A stretch of DNA of 63,953 nt, filler included, from Aduncisulcus paluster (lineage: Eukaryota): NCBI GenBank assembly GCA_024181965.1. It is 20 parts of 20 records of this genome, joined end to end, with 100 filler letters (N's around TTAATTAATTAA, not from the genome) between each part and the next. Parts side by side here need not be neighbours in the genome. Positions count along the whole stretch, not along the records: positions 36,666 to 41,869 come from BQXS01010213.1; positions 41,970 to 43,684 come from BQXS01010214.1; positions 43,785 to 47,444 come from BQXS01010215.1; positions 47,545 to 49,113 come from BQXS01010216.1; positions 49,214 to 50,935 come from BQXS01010217.1; 15 more parts are not named here. One strand, given 5' to 3'. Both the position numbers and the translations under genes were made by a program. The notes beneath the pieces are model-generated. The model had not been told where the DNA came from. It ran no database searches and saw nothing but the letters and a program-made list of their open reading frames with translations. Positions 38,279-51,035 of this stretch are shown piece after piece. Within the stretch, counting starts at the first letter, position 1. Each line of letters opens with the position of its first letter.

Positions 38279-40935
38279 TTACAAACATACTATCAATTTT
38301 CCATCAAATTCTGAGTCAATTTCCTTTCCTTCAATAGCACTAACCTCTTCAAGAAGATCATCAAAATGAGCAGAGGAAGTATCTTCATGTTGATAAATGG
38401 CAAACAGGTTAATGTCACCTATAATTGGGGAGGATATTTTCTTTCTCTCGATAAATGTGAATCGTTTTCCTGTTGCAACTTCATCCGCCAGTGATTCTGG
38501 AAATAATATATCATCATTCTCCAGAATCCAATACTTGAATCGAACAGTTATACGATTGGATGATAACCTCGTCTCACCACTGATATATGGAAGAGTGTAC
38601 GAAGCTTCTGTTATCCTACTCCTAACACACCTTAAATTTCTAACAGATCTCAACAAAGTTTTGTTCAACCTTTCGCCTGTTTGCGTATCTCCATTTAATA
38701 ATTTTCCATGACGATCAATCATTTCTGGAAGATGACACATAACATGTAACTTAACCTTCCTAGGCACAGTAACACTTACTTTCCCACAATGGACCGATAA
38801 TGGAACCATTACCAATCGTGTTAATTGGATCCATCTGACATTCAAAAGAGCATCCTTCTTATTTGTGCAGTACAATGCCCATGTCATATATGTATTTGTG
38901 AGTCCTATAGCTGCCAAAACATCACACCACCGGATGTGTAATATGCTATCGACCCAAGCATGTGCCCACTCATCTCTTCTTGTTTGGCGAATAGGCGCCT
39001 CTAAAGGAGGAAGAGCAGAAAGGTCTCGATCTCTTTCTAACAAGAATCTTGACCTTCCAGAGAGGAATCCCGATGTCCCAAACAATGCAATTGGTAGGTG
39101 CTTGAGAAAGTCTCTCAATTCCATTGCCGAAGTGTAAAATCCTGAAAGAGATACTTTCACTCCAAATCTTTTCATGATATTATCTACTCTTTCTCTTCCT
39201 TTTGGAGTGAGGATTGTGAAGATCACTCGCTGATACATCTCCACAATTCCGAGATAAAAAACATGGAGAGGATCCGGGCAAATGTTTGATAAAGACCGAA
39301 TGCTGAAAGGGTCATGTTGTCTAGAGCTCCCAGGGAGGGCAAAAAGCAGAGAAGGTCCACTAATATTACACCACTGACACCTATTTGTCTTTGTGCCGAC
39401 AATCTTGGCTCTTTCAGGGTGATCAGCTGTGATCATCTGAAGATCCCCAACAACAAGAACTCTTCCATCATCACCATAAACCCAGATTCCTTTCCTCAAT
39501 TGATCTATTTCAGACTCCAGTATCCCCAACATTACAGCTGAAGCTCCCTTCTCTTCAGGTAAAAGAGCCAATTCTTCCCACCAACAATGTTTTCCTCTTT
39601 CTTCGAGGCATATATTACACACAGACACTTTGAGAGAGAGAGCAGTATTTCCTTTCTTGCAAGTAGCAACCCCATCTTGAAATGCTAAGATCGAAATGAA
39701 TAATATGGGTTCTACTCCAAAGGATTTGTGTTTTTGGATAAAGTCTTGGAGAGAGTGAAAAGACATTCTTCGAGGCAGAACAGTTGAAATGTCATATTCC
39801 TTCCTGAATAATGCTAACATTTCCACAAATTTGGATCCTGCTGTGACCTCTCCTTCCTTACTTGAATTAGGTTTGAATGGAGAAGAAAATGTCAACAAAG
39901 AGAAAAACGACTTTTCGTTCAAAACACGATAAAGAAAAGAAGATAAAGGAGTGTAATAATAGGTGTTCTCTCTAAATATAATAGATTTCATTGTAAGGGC
40001 CTGCCTTTTTCTAATTTGAAGAAGATTGTACGGAGTTATAAGATTGAGACTACTGGGACTTCGGGTATATAAAAGACGATATAAAGACATAGAGATATAG
40101 CGTTTAAGTGTCAAATCAACAAGCACGCCTCTGATTGAGGGGTCATAATCAGGCTTTATCAAAGGAAGAGCAACAATGGGGTCAAGTGGAAAGTGCCGAA
40201 CAATAGGGGATTCAGAAGAAACTCGGTGAATTTCGCTGGAAGGACCTTGAATTGGCGAAATTGTGACTAAGGAAGGCGATGGATGATACAACGCATGTAC
40301 CTTTTGGAAAGTTGCAGAATCACTTTCTGAGGGAAGAATAGAACGTGTTCCAATGAATAACGATNNNNNNNNNNNNNNNNNNNNGAGATATAGCGTTTAA
40401 GTGTCAAATCAACAAGCACGCCTCTGATTGAGGGGTCATAATCAGGCTTTATCAAAGGAAGAGCAACAATGGGGTCAAGTGGAAAGTGCCGAACAATAGG
40501 GGATTCAGAAGAAACTCGGTGAATTTCGCTGGAAGGACCTTGAATTGGCGAAATTGTGACTAAGGAAGGCGATGGATGATACAACGCATGTACCTTTTGG
40601 AAAGTTGCAGAATCACTTTCTGAGGGAAGAATAGAACGTGTTCCAATGAATAACGATTGACATTGAACGCATCCATGAAGTGGAAAATTATTTTGATCCA
40701 CGATTCTAAGATAATTTTGACATGTGTCATATCTCGGCGAAATGTGCCATTTTTCATCATCTCCCGATCTTGAATAAATGCCTATTCTTTTTTTACAGCG
40801 AATGCATTCAGCATATACGCTTTGATCAATCATACCAGGATTTAAAATATGAGATCTCTCTTCTGAGTACTCTGCTAAAACAACACCTTCACCGTTATAA
40901 TAAATTACTTTTTTAAGTTTGAAATTTGAAGGCAT
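38279..40935 (-). mobile_element. DDE transposase of CMC (EnSpm/CACTA-like) / Plavaka type
   Basis: Motif series FQDG, VSVCNI, LRKGIWVY, ITADHPE, CQWC, DPLHVFYLGI and KLHVMCHLPEMIDRHG..DTQTGERLNK, plus N-terminal CxxC pairs. One ORF from ATG 40935 after collapsing the duplication at N-gap 40365-40384. Confidence 0.8.
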
Positions 40936-41378
40936 TGTTATCAAATATAAATTTAGCAGCTTATACAGTGAGATACATTCTACAGGAGTGGAATAAAGAA
41001 AAATAAATAATTTATGAAGTGCAACTTTAATAATATACAATTTTATTATGATATTAGTTCTTTGTTTAACAATATACTTCGCTGCTCTTTGGGACTTGGA
41101 AGAATGGAAATTTTTTTTTTTGTTACATGGTAATATTATCGACCCGATCTACACAGGGAAACTTTTTTTCGAGAATCCCAACTCAGTTTCAGATTTCGGC
41201 AAAAAAATCTCCCAAGTCAGATTTCAAAATGATATCAATTTTGAATCAAAAGTATATCATAAATAAAATATTTAATAATATAACCTTATAAAACTTAATA
41301 CTTTATTTTTTTCCTTTAAATAACAATATATACTTTCTAATATGGCCACAAAAACTACTATCATTTTTGTATAAGAAA

Positions 41379-41869
41379 ATGGAAACGACTCATCATCAGC
41401 AACTCGTTAAGGTCAATAAGAACCTAAAAAGGGTCTATCAGTTAACAAAACGTAGGTTTTCTCAGATGGACACAATGATCCAGTCCACTATTCCAGCCCT
41501 CATAACTGGAGAGTTAACTGTTACTGCTGAGAACCTCGAAGCCTTCCTATCCACTGCTAAATCCTTCTTCACAAGCATCGAGCTCACTTCCAAAAAGATT
41601 GCTGTGAGATTACTCGATGCCCTCTGTCAGTATGAGTATGATAGAAAAGACGTGAAAAACAACCGCAGGTTGCCTGATAGCGAGAGGAAGAGGATAATAT
41701 GTGAAGAACTTAGAGCTGATGAGAAGTTTAGAACTCGGATCGAAAGATGGCCTGATGTTAAAGTCCTTGACTTATACACAACCTACTTCGCCGTGCAGGC
41801 CAACAACAATCTTGCTCACATCAAGAAACATGAAAGTGCTCTCCGCTCCATGCTTGAAGAATGTACCGC
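41379..41869 (+). CDS. Hypothetical protein, 3'-partial, divergent from the transposase
   Basis: ATG 41379 (METTHHQQ), open to the contig end. Confidence 0.55.
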
Positions 41870-41969
41870 NNNNNNNNNNNNNNNNNNNNNNNNNNNNNNN
41901 NNNNNNNNNNNNNTTAATTAATTAANNNNNNNNNNNNNNNNNNNNNNNNNNNNNNNNNNNNNNNNNNNN

Positions 41970-43684
41970 GACTAGTCAGCTTTGAATTGGCGCTTGCAAT
42001 ACCATTGGAGTTGGGTAGGAGTGGCGTCAAATCAGTCACACTGGGAGAAATGTGTGATAGATCAACATCGGTGAGGGTGGAAAGTACAGCACTCAACCCA
42101 CTAATATCAGACACGGAAGAGTTACTCGAGATATCAAGCACGGACAAGTATTCAAAGAGTTCCATCGTTGACAGTACCAACTGCGAGTTGGTCAAGGTGG
42201 TGGAAGGAATAGACAATGTCTTGAGAGCATATCCATTCGGATTCGTCAAGTTCCAGGTGTTAATCTGACACGAACCTAAGAATAGGTATTCCAAAGATGT
42301 AAGGGAGGATAGAGGACTCACGTCGGAAATGGATGAATTGGAGCTCAGATCAAGCGAGGATATGTTGACGGCATGCTCAAGACCTGTGAGATCAGACACG
42401 GGGACTGTGGCCGAGGATATCGTTGTAGAATAATTATGACAATCAATAGAACCATCAAGATGGTGCATCGAAGCAACACTGAATGCGGCATCAGCACGGT
42501 TAGACGTAGGAATATACGAGAGGAGACATTCATGCAAAGCAGCATCGGGCACAACAGTTGCACAATATCCTGTCGTACTATTCGGGCTAGATGCTCGACA
42601 TTCCTCACCATAGACACAACCACCATCACAATTGGTGGAGGAATCAGTTGGAGTCGTACAGTTAAACGAGGTGGCGGAGGAATATTCCGTATAACTATTG
42701 CTGCTACACACAACAGACCATACACCAGAAGCAGGAGTAGTCTCAACACACACCTTGTTAGCACCAAACATGGAAACATCAGACACAGCGGAAGAACACT
42801 CAGTTGGACATGATTGGAAGTTATACATGAACGAAGAAAGTGTAGACGCAAACTTATCCCGCAGCTCAGTGGGCGAATCACTACCAAAACACAGCAGATT
42901 GGAGGATATATCGAGTGTGACAAGGTTTGAAAGGTAAAAAAGGGGGGAAACGTCCGAAAGAGAACATCCACTTACATTAAGGGTTGTAAGATTTGTCAAT
43001 CCATAGATCGCAATCGCATTAACAAAGAAAAGGGCGGGGTTGGAATTGAGATTAAGCGTAGTGAGGTGAGACTTGCAACTGGATAAATCAGGGATGGCGG
43101 TCAAGTTGTTGCCACTGATGTCAAGCCATACAAGCTCTGACATGCTTGGAAGAGTGGTGGTAACACCAGTTAAGGAGCCATTCCCACCAAGGAAGAGATG
43201 GGTCAATGTATTGATTTGTGTTTCGGATAAATCGGTGATATCGGTAACAGACGTGTTAGAAAGATCCAACTTTGTCAGCTTGGACAGATGTGAGGCAATG
43301 TGGGCCGAAAAACCAGAATTCCCGATGGAGGTAGAGGATGCATAGAACTCAACGATATTGGCGGGAAGGAGGGCAGAGGTGGCCGTCGCGGAGGGCAAGG
43401 ATATATTGGTTGAGCTCACATCTAACATTGTCAGAGATGCAAGTAAATGTAAATCTGGTAAAGACGCGAACGAACAATCACTGAGGTTTAAGGACTCGAT
43501 GTTCGATAACGTTGAAAGATAGCCCAAGTGTGAAGAATCAGAAATATCGGTGGAACTCAAATCAATGTGTGTGATCTCGGTCAAATGTTCAATCCCCGCC
43601 AGATCACTGATGGTATCACCAGAGCAGCTCAAAGAGGGGGAGATAGTCCCAGTCCCATCATCAACACTTACAAGGGTTTTCAGG
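41970..43684 (-). CDS. Modular LRR + Cys-rich surface protein, internal fragment (more divergent)
   Basis: Internalin-like LRRs (ISDLAGIEHLTEITHIDLS) and a type-2 Cys module (NKVCVETTP..WSVVCSSNSY..CDGGCVYGEEC). Confidence 0.85.
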
Positions 43685-44733
43685 NNNNNNNNNNNNNNNN
43701 NNNNNNNNNNNNNNNNNNNNNNNNNNNNTTAATTAATTAANNNNNNNNNNNNNNNNNNNNNNNNNNNNNNNNNNNNNNNNNNNNTGGTCATTTTAATAGA
43801 AACTCTCAATTGTTCAAGACATGCTTTGCTGAAAGGCTTTGTTGTTGGTTTAGAAAAAGACATTATTGCTGTACTGGTAGGTTTTAGTTGTTGGTGTTAT
43901 TAATTTCGATATGGACTTAGAATAAACTGGATTTTGTTTGTATTTCTTACAAATAGAGCGACAATCGAGAGCAAAAGAGAAAGTTACGAAAATCAATGAA
44001 ATGAAGAAAAGAGGACAATATTATAGGCAAGAATGGAAAATGAACCAAAATAGAATACAATAAAAAATGGTAAATATTCACAAAATATCAGCAATATCCA
44101 CGATATCCACAAAACAAGATTGAGAATGGAAAAGAGGATAATATGTCCAAAAATACATACTTTTCTAATGAAACTGTGCAATACTTATATCGATAATTGA
44201 TACTCTAATGGATACTTAATTATCCCTTGAACGAAAACAAAAAACGACTCGCTTTTGTCAACGTTATTGTTATTGATGAATCTTTTTCGGGTTCTGAAAT
44301 GTTTTTAACCGTTCATAGAACCATTTCAAAACAAATATATCCGTGAATTCGGACTCCTTGATGCTTTTTTCTTTTTTTGAAACATCCGATGTTGTCGCTG
44401 GTATCTTTGCTCTTTCCAGGCCGAGTTGAAATAGAATATGCTGCAAAATCGTGGATTCTGAACAAGCTATGAAAGAATTTGATGAGCATATGGACATTCT
44501 TTTGTTATCTCAAACATTCAAATGAAGTTCTAAGGTATTGAAGTTTTGGAGCTGTCGAAAGCCCAATTGGCGTGTATTAGGAGTAGCAGGAAGGGGAATA
44601 CCATCATTATGGTTGTTTAGATATGATTGAAACTGAAAGACGATGTGCAAATTCTTGTTCTCATTCGATCCTTGAAGCAGATGAAGTATGTTTTGTTTAA
44701 AATTTAAATAATCTAAATTTATGACTTAAGATT

Positions 44734-47444
44734 TTATTTGGTTGCCAATAGAATATCGACACACATATTAAGTAGATAAAACAGATCTGTGCATGAAATA
44801 TGATCTCCAACGTGTTTAATTCTCTCCTTTAAACCTGTAGAGAGCTGTGAATGGAAAGGATGCAAAAGAAAAACTACACCTCTTTCCCACAAATCTCGAT
44901 TACTCATGGAATTGACCACTCCTTTACATGTGCTTTCTTCAAGAACCAAAGAAGCATTGAAGGTCACAGCATTCCCCATGGCCCCTGGCGCAAGAGAAAT
45001 ACATAACCAATCAAGAAGACATTGAAAGGCAAGCTCAGCATTGTCAAAGAGCTTGTTCGCCTCACACAAGGTCACATCAGCTCGAAGATAAGCAACCATA
45101 CCATTCGTGGTCATTTGTAAACGTGGTACCGGTGGGGGTTGAACCCCGGCCATTCGATCAGATGAATGTGACCTGTGATGATGAGGAGAAGCACCATATC
45201 CTCCCCCCCCACTTCCAATTCCCTTCTGATTATGGGTCTTTAAATCCCTCACTCTTGAATCAAATGTCACTAATTGGTACAAATGATCGATCGTGTCAAT
45301 TGAATATTTGTCAGCGTCTTCAGAAAGACTCGCTACAACAGTATCATCAAGCTTATGCGAATGAAATGATGTAGAAAGGATAAGAAAATGTGGAACACTC
45401 ATTAAAAAGCTTGAAATATGACGAACTTCACTCTCTTTCATTATAAAACCAATGCTAGCTTCTGTTGAAGATACGCTGACTCTTCTCCTACCGCCTGATG
45501 CTGAACTATGAGAAGAAACACGAGAGCTAACGTGAAGCGATTGATCGCCAATGTTAGTTGCTGAGGAAGAAGAAGAAGAAGAGGAGGAGGAGGAGGAGGA
45601 AGATGAATAAGAACCTCTTCTTCTTTGACGGTTATTTGGAGAATAATGGTCATGTTGTTTCTTATGTCTTTTGAGAGAGGAGGAAGAGGAAGAGGAAGAG
45701 GAAGAGGAGGAGGAAGAGTGAGAACCAATGATTCCTGATGTTGATTGAGTTAATGTAACGTTGGCTTTCAAAGAAGAAGAAGAAGAAGAAGAAGAAGAAG
45801 AAGAAGAAGAGGAGGAGGAGGAGGAGGAAGAGATAGACATGCGTCTTCTTCTTTGTTTTCCATAATTTCGTTCGATAATGTATAATTTCTCTCCCTTTTC
45901 TTTGATTTCTTTGGATCTTTCGAGATCTGTTTTCTTCTTTTCTTTTTCCGACATGTTAGAAAGATCGAAGACAAAAGGATCTCGGTCAGTCAACATAGGA
46001 AATTCTTCATCCTGAAAAACACCTTCTTCCTCTTCTTGTTTCTTCTTCTCTTTCTTCTTCTTTGACGGTTATTTGGAGAATAATGGTCATGTTGTTTCTT
46101 ATGTCTTTTGAGAGAGGAGGAAGAGGAAGAGGAAGAGGAAGAGGAGGAGGAAGAGTGAGAACCAATGATTCCTGATGTTGATTGAGTTAATGTAACGTTG
46201 GCTTTCAAAGAAGAAGAAGAAGAAGAAGAAGAAGAAGAAGAAGAAGAGGAGGAGGAGGAGGAGGAAGAGATAGACATGCGTCTTCTTCTTTGTTTTCCAT
46301 AATTTCGTTCGATAATGTATAATTTCTCTCCCTTTTCTTTGATTTCTTTGGATCTTTCGAGATCTGTTTTCTTCTTTTCTTTTTCCGACATGTTAGAAAG
46401 ATCGAAGACAAAAGGATCTCGGTCAGTCAACATAGGAAATTCTTCATCCTGAAAAACACCTTCTTCCTCTTCTTGTTTCTTCTTCTCTTTCTTCTTCTTT
46501 AAATCATGGATATTTTGTTTGGAATCATCACCTTCTTCTATAAGAGATCTCAAGAAGGAAGAAATATCATCAAGATCTGACGTTCCACCATCTTTGGATT
46601 CTGAAGGTTTTGAATCACCTTCTTCCTCCTCTCTTGGCGGTTTGACTTTCGTTGACTTGACTTTTGTTGACTTGACTGCTTCTCTTTCTTCTTCCTTTCT
46701 CTTCTCTTTTATAACTAAATCTTTTCCTTTTTTTGGCTCCTGGCCCTCTTTTTGCTCTTCTTGTGTCTCTTCTTGTGTCTCTTCTTCTTCTTCTTCTCCC
46801 TCTTCATACAACATTTTTTTAATTTCTTCATCTTTCTGTTGTTTTCTGTGTTTAATTGATTCATAATCTGTTAAATCAATTATTTGACTCCTTTTCCCCT
46901 TAGATTTTCCTCTCAAAGATCTATTTGACTTTTGTTGACTTGACTTTTGTTGACTTGACTTTTGTTGACTCTGGATTTGACTGAGTTTCTCTTTCTTTTT
47001 CCTTTCTCTCTTCTTCTCTTTCTTTTTCTCACGTTGTTTTTCTGACTTCTTTTTCAAACTATCTGATTTTTTAATCATTAAATCCTTTTCTTTTTGATTT
47101 TCTTTGACTTTTTGATTTTCTTTGACTTTTCCATCTTCTTCATGTTGTTCGTCTTCAAAGATATGTTCTTGTTGTTCTTCATGATCGAGATCTTCTTCTT
47201 CTTCTTCTTCTTCTTCTTCTTCTTCTTCTTCTTGCATTTGGTTATGGTCCTTCATATCCGTAAAGAAATCGTCCCGTAACATTTCTGGTGACCTATTAAT
47301 TTCATATTGGTTGCTCTCAATTAATTTTCTAACCCTTGATCTTTCCTCACCTCTTCCTCCTCTTCCTCCTCTTCTTCCTCCTCTTCCTCTTCTTGCATAT
47401 GGTTTCATCTTCCAATTCTCTTTTTTAGTCTCTTCATCTTCTCC
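44734..47444 (-). CDS. Large low-complexity (poly-E/K/S) hypothetical protein, 5'-partial
   Basis: ORFs 45990-47408 and 44734-45996 join after removing a 437-bp exact duplication. It has an RGG box, poly-E and poly-S tracts and a globular-looking C-terminus. Confidence 0.65.
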
Positions 47445-47764
47445 NNNNNNNNNNNNNNNNNNNNNNNNNNNNNNNNNNNNNNNNNNNNTTAATTAATTAA
47501 NNNNNNNNNNNNNNNNNNNNNNNNNNNNNNNNNNNNNNNNNNNNTATAAAATTTGTGATATAACACTATTAACATCATATCTCGAAAGGTTTTTGTATCG
47601 GGCAGTTTCCAAATTTTTATGGAGATTAAATAAAAAAATATTTCATAATTATCATTTTTATTAACATTTATTTCATTTTTATACTATAAAAATGCAGACA
47701 ACATGTTTGCACCAAATTCACATTTTTATGTCTGTTATTTGACAACATAGTGATCATTAAAGCA

Positions 47765-47909
47765 GTCTCCCTTGGGTTTGGCCAACCCAGGGGAGGCGTA
47801 AGTCTTCTTTATTTTGCGTTATTTGCTTTTCGTTGCGTCTTATTATCCCCCCTGGTTGTCCCCCCCCATATCTCTCTGTGAATATCCTAAAATGGGGGGG
47901 ACTCCAACG
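47765..47909. other. GC-rich double-hairpin element followed by a T-tract (candidate ncRNA or transposon end)
   Basis: GTCTCCCT-TGGGTT-tggcc-AACCCA-GGGAGGC and GTC8AT..ATG7AC stems in otherwise AT-rich intergenic DNA. Confidence 0.35.
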
Positions 47910-48332
47910 ATTTTTCATTTTTTTGTTTTTTTTTTGTTTTATTTTCCTTATTTAAGTTAAAATTAGTAGTAAAATAAAGAGATCCAGATTTGATGCTCGT
48001 TTTCGATGCCGTATCATGGAGATATTACGAAATAAATAGCGAAATCAATAAAATCTATCTGTTTTATTAAACTATAAAGGCAGTAAAAATATCGGTGGGT
48101 CTGACCCATTAAGGTATAGAGAATCCTCACTCTTTTTTCCTTGGGCCAAACATATGGGGGGCAGGGTGGGTCGGACCCATGGTCAAATATTGTGTCCGAC
48201 CCAAAAATAAGTTCGTTGTGTACTTAATGGTAATATACAGTTGAATTTATTATAATAGGTTTTGAACTACCAATATTTGAACGAGAAAACACAAAGTGGA
48301 GTTTTCTCTCCGAGTTGAAAACTTTTCATTGA

Positions 48333-49113
48333 ATGAGTTTAGGATATATTTCCGCGGTTGAGCGAATAGATGAAATACGATCATTTATTTCAAAAAGAAT
48401 TGAGTATGTCATTTTTGTTCTCCTTGTTGATATGATTCTCGTGTTTCCTTTTGAATTAACCAAAAATCCATCAATATTATTTAATTTTTCATAAGAAATG
48501 CCGAAAAAGAGGCTATAAAAGACCAACAGCCGCAATGATTATTCAATCTGCCTTTCGAGCCCATAGAATTAGAAAATTTATCAGAAATATGGTGTATGTA
48601 ATTTTTTTTATTTATCAAACGAGATTTTTTTCTCATTTCGATGTCATTTTCATATTTTTCATTGATCATTTATTTCATAGTGATTCTGCTCTCTGTATCC
48701 AGAGGGTATACCGTGGATATCGAGCTAGAAATAGAGTGAGACGTATCAAAGCCCTTTTTGCATATTTACAGCGTATGTATGCTTATAATCAAGCAGCAAT
48801 TGTTATCCAAAAGGCATTCCGAGGATTTTATATCCGTAAGTATGTTATGGACTTCTACAGGAGAAAGGATTACATCAAAATGACAGCTGAGGCAAGTCAT
48901 CGAATCAATGAGATGGCCGATACACTCAAAAAGATTAGAGAAGCCGATACAGCTGAACTTCGAAGGAAAGAAGAGATTGGTAAACTGCAGGATCATGCCA
49001 CTCACATGCATTTTTTGACATCCACCAAGAGCATTCCTGGTATATATGCTGCCCCAATGCTCAAGGATACTCTTCCTTCAGAATTTAGATCTTCACAGAA
49101 AGAACCTCTTTCA
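48333..49113 (+). CDS. SPATA17: SPATA17-like IQ-motif protein, 3'-partial, introns 48404-48495 and 48594-48680
   Basis: Three IQ motifs (IQSAFR, IQRVYRG, IQKAFRG) and MHFLTSTKSIPGIY, which resembles the SPATA17 C-terminal motif. Both introns are GTATGT..AG. There is an apparent 1-nt frameshift (or alternative acceptor) near 48525. Confidence 0.75.
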
Positions 49114-49602
49114 NNNNNNNNNNNNNNNNNNNNNNNNNNNNNNNNNNNNNNNNNNNNTTAATTAATTAANNNNNNNNNNNNNNNNNNNNNNNNNNNNNNN
49201 NNNNNNNNNNNNNTTATGTAATTTTAGAAGTTTAGAAATAGATAATAATATATAAAATGGGTGTTTGGAGGAGAAAAAGACAATTTTCCATTTCCTGTCT
49301 TTTCCTTATTTCCTATTCTGAATATTGTATATACGCAGGTTCTATTGTGATAAGCATTACCTTTTCCAACTTTGTACTCCCCTTCACCATTGGAAAACAT
49401 AATCTTACCTTTAATCGTTTCTTTTCATCTGATACCCAATATTCAATCCTTCATGAACTGAAATCCCATCAGTCTGAACCACTGTCTTAACTGATTTTTT
49501 TTCCACTGAGGGGAATTTCCTATTAAACTGTGTCGTAAATTTACGTTCCAATGACCTTCCCGTGGTCGAGAGATTGTATTATGGATAAATATGGCGAGTA
49601 GA

Positions 49603-49667
49603 GGAATTCGACAAAGGCACAAGAGCATATTTTGACCGAAACAGTTCTTGTGCCCTTGTCGAATTCC
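49603..49667. repeat. 22-24-bp inverted repeat (65-nt hairpin)
   Basis: GGAATTCGACAAAGGCACAAGA ... TCTTGTGCCCTTGTCGAATTCC, one mismatch in 22 bp. Confidence 0.85.
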
Positions 49668-49816
49668 ATGGTAGTGGATTTCTAACAGATTTCAATCTTT
49701 TATAATTTTCTCTGAAGGCAATCTCGGCACAAATGACCCAAGTTCTTGAGTATCTCATTGATATGAATTTTTTTTTGAATTCAAGAACTTCTTGCCTCAG
49801 TGAGTTGTCTTTGCTC

Positions 49817-50791
49817 TAATATCCATATTCTCTGTAACCAATTGCATGAACAGTTTTATGTATCCAATTGGTTTGTGAATAATGGGGCTTAGGATTATAG
49901 GCACTCACATCACTTTTGGTGAAGAAGGCGAGATCAGTTTGTCGGCAAATGCCATATACATCCGCTATTCCAATTGTAGAAGTACGTTTTAACATTTTTT
50001 TATGACAATAAACCCATTTTCGACCGGTGCCAAAAAAGGGCAGTAAGTAGGTAAAAAGAACGGGTAAATCCCATTTTTCTTAAGGAATGCGATGGTTTTT
50101 GGACTTGTATGGATAGAACAGTTATCCAATACCCATATGTGATTCTTTGTATGGGGAATAACCGCTCCCGAGGCCAGAAGTGTTCGTACCGAGGATAGAA
50201 ATGTGGCGACACAATGTGAGCCAACTATTCTATCGAAGAGGATCCATCCCTTCATGCCTAAAAAGGCAATATATGAGATTCTCTTCGATATCGGAAATAT
50301 CGATGACTTCGAATTGTGGCTTAGATGGTGGTGGCCTCTTTCTCGAGAATCATGGCAGCAGTTCTGTCTTTATCCTTGACACGTGTCTCGTCAATCATGG
50401 CTATTTCAAAAATGCTACTGTCTCTTCTTCTTGTGGATTCGGCCCAGTTGGCCAGAGTAGCCTTTAAGCAGAGATGTCTAACTCGACCACTCACAGAAAC
50501 ACCATCAACAAAAACAGAAAGTGGGTACCATAACCATGATTTTTCGCAGAGAGCTTCGTCCCAAACGATCTTTGTTTCTTTTGGGGAACCCAAGATTATA
50601 CGATTTCCGGTGATCATCATATCTCGGCAGTCCTGAATCACATCATCTCCTCGAGTCAACCTACTTATCAAAAACGAACATCGTAACGCAGAATCGTATT
50701 CGCCAATTGAGGTCAAAGCTTGGAGAAGGGAGACCATAATAGCACAAATCAGGGAGCGCTGTATTTCTTTAATGAGTATCGGAATATGCAA
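49817..50791 (-). mobile_element. Degenerate IS630/Tc1/mariner DD34E transposase
   Basis: MIDET, then VLDNCSIH with 34 residues between that D and the E of LPTYCPFLAPVE. Split across frames by a stop and frameshifts. Confidence 0.8.
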
Positions 50792-51035
50792 TCGATACCT
50801 TTATATTACCTGGCATGGCCATTATTTCTTCTGCAATCTCCACCAAAACCTCCCGAAGACCAATGAAATAAATGCCAAATCTGTACTTGTCCGCAGGCTG
50901 ATCAAGCACCAAAAAGCTTCATCAACATATAAAATNNNNNNNNNNNNNNNNNNNNNNNNNNNNNNNNNNNNNNNNNNNNTTAATTAATTAANNNNNNNNN
51001 NNNNNNNNNNNNNNNNNNNNNNNNNNNNNNNNNNN

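Noticed and set aside
47865..47885. ACAGAGA on the minus strand as U6 snRNA
   Set aside because: It lacks the following AGAUUAGC/ISL and the other invariant U6 sequence.
49214..50935. Fanzor/TnpB nuclease associated with the Tc1/IS630 remnant
   Set aside because: No RuvC or zinc-finger motifs are recognisable in any frame of this contig.
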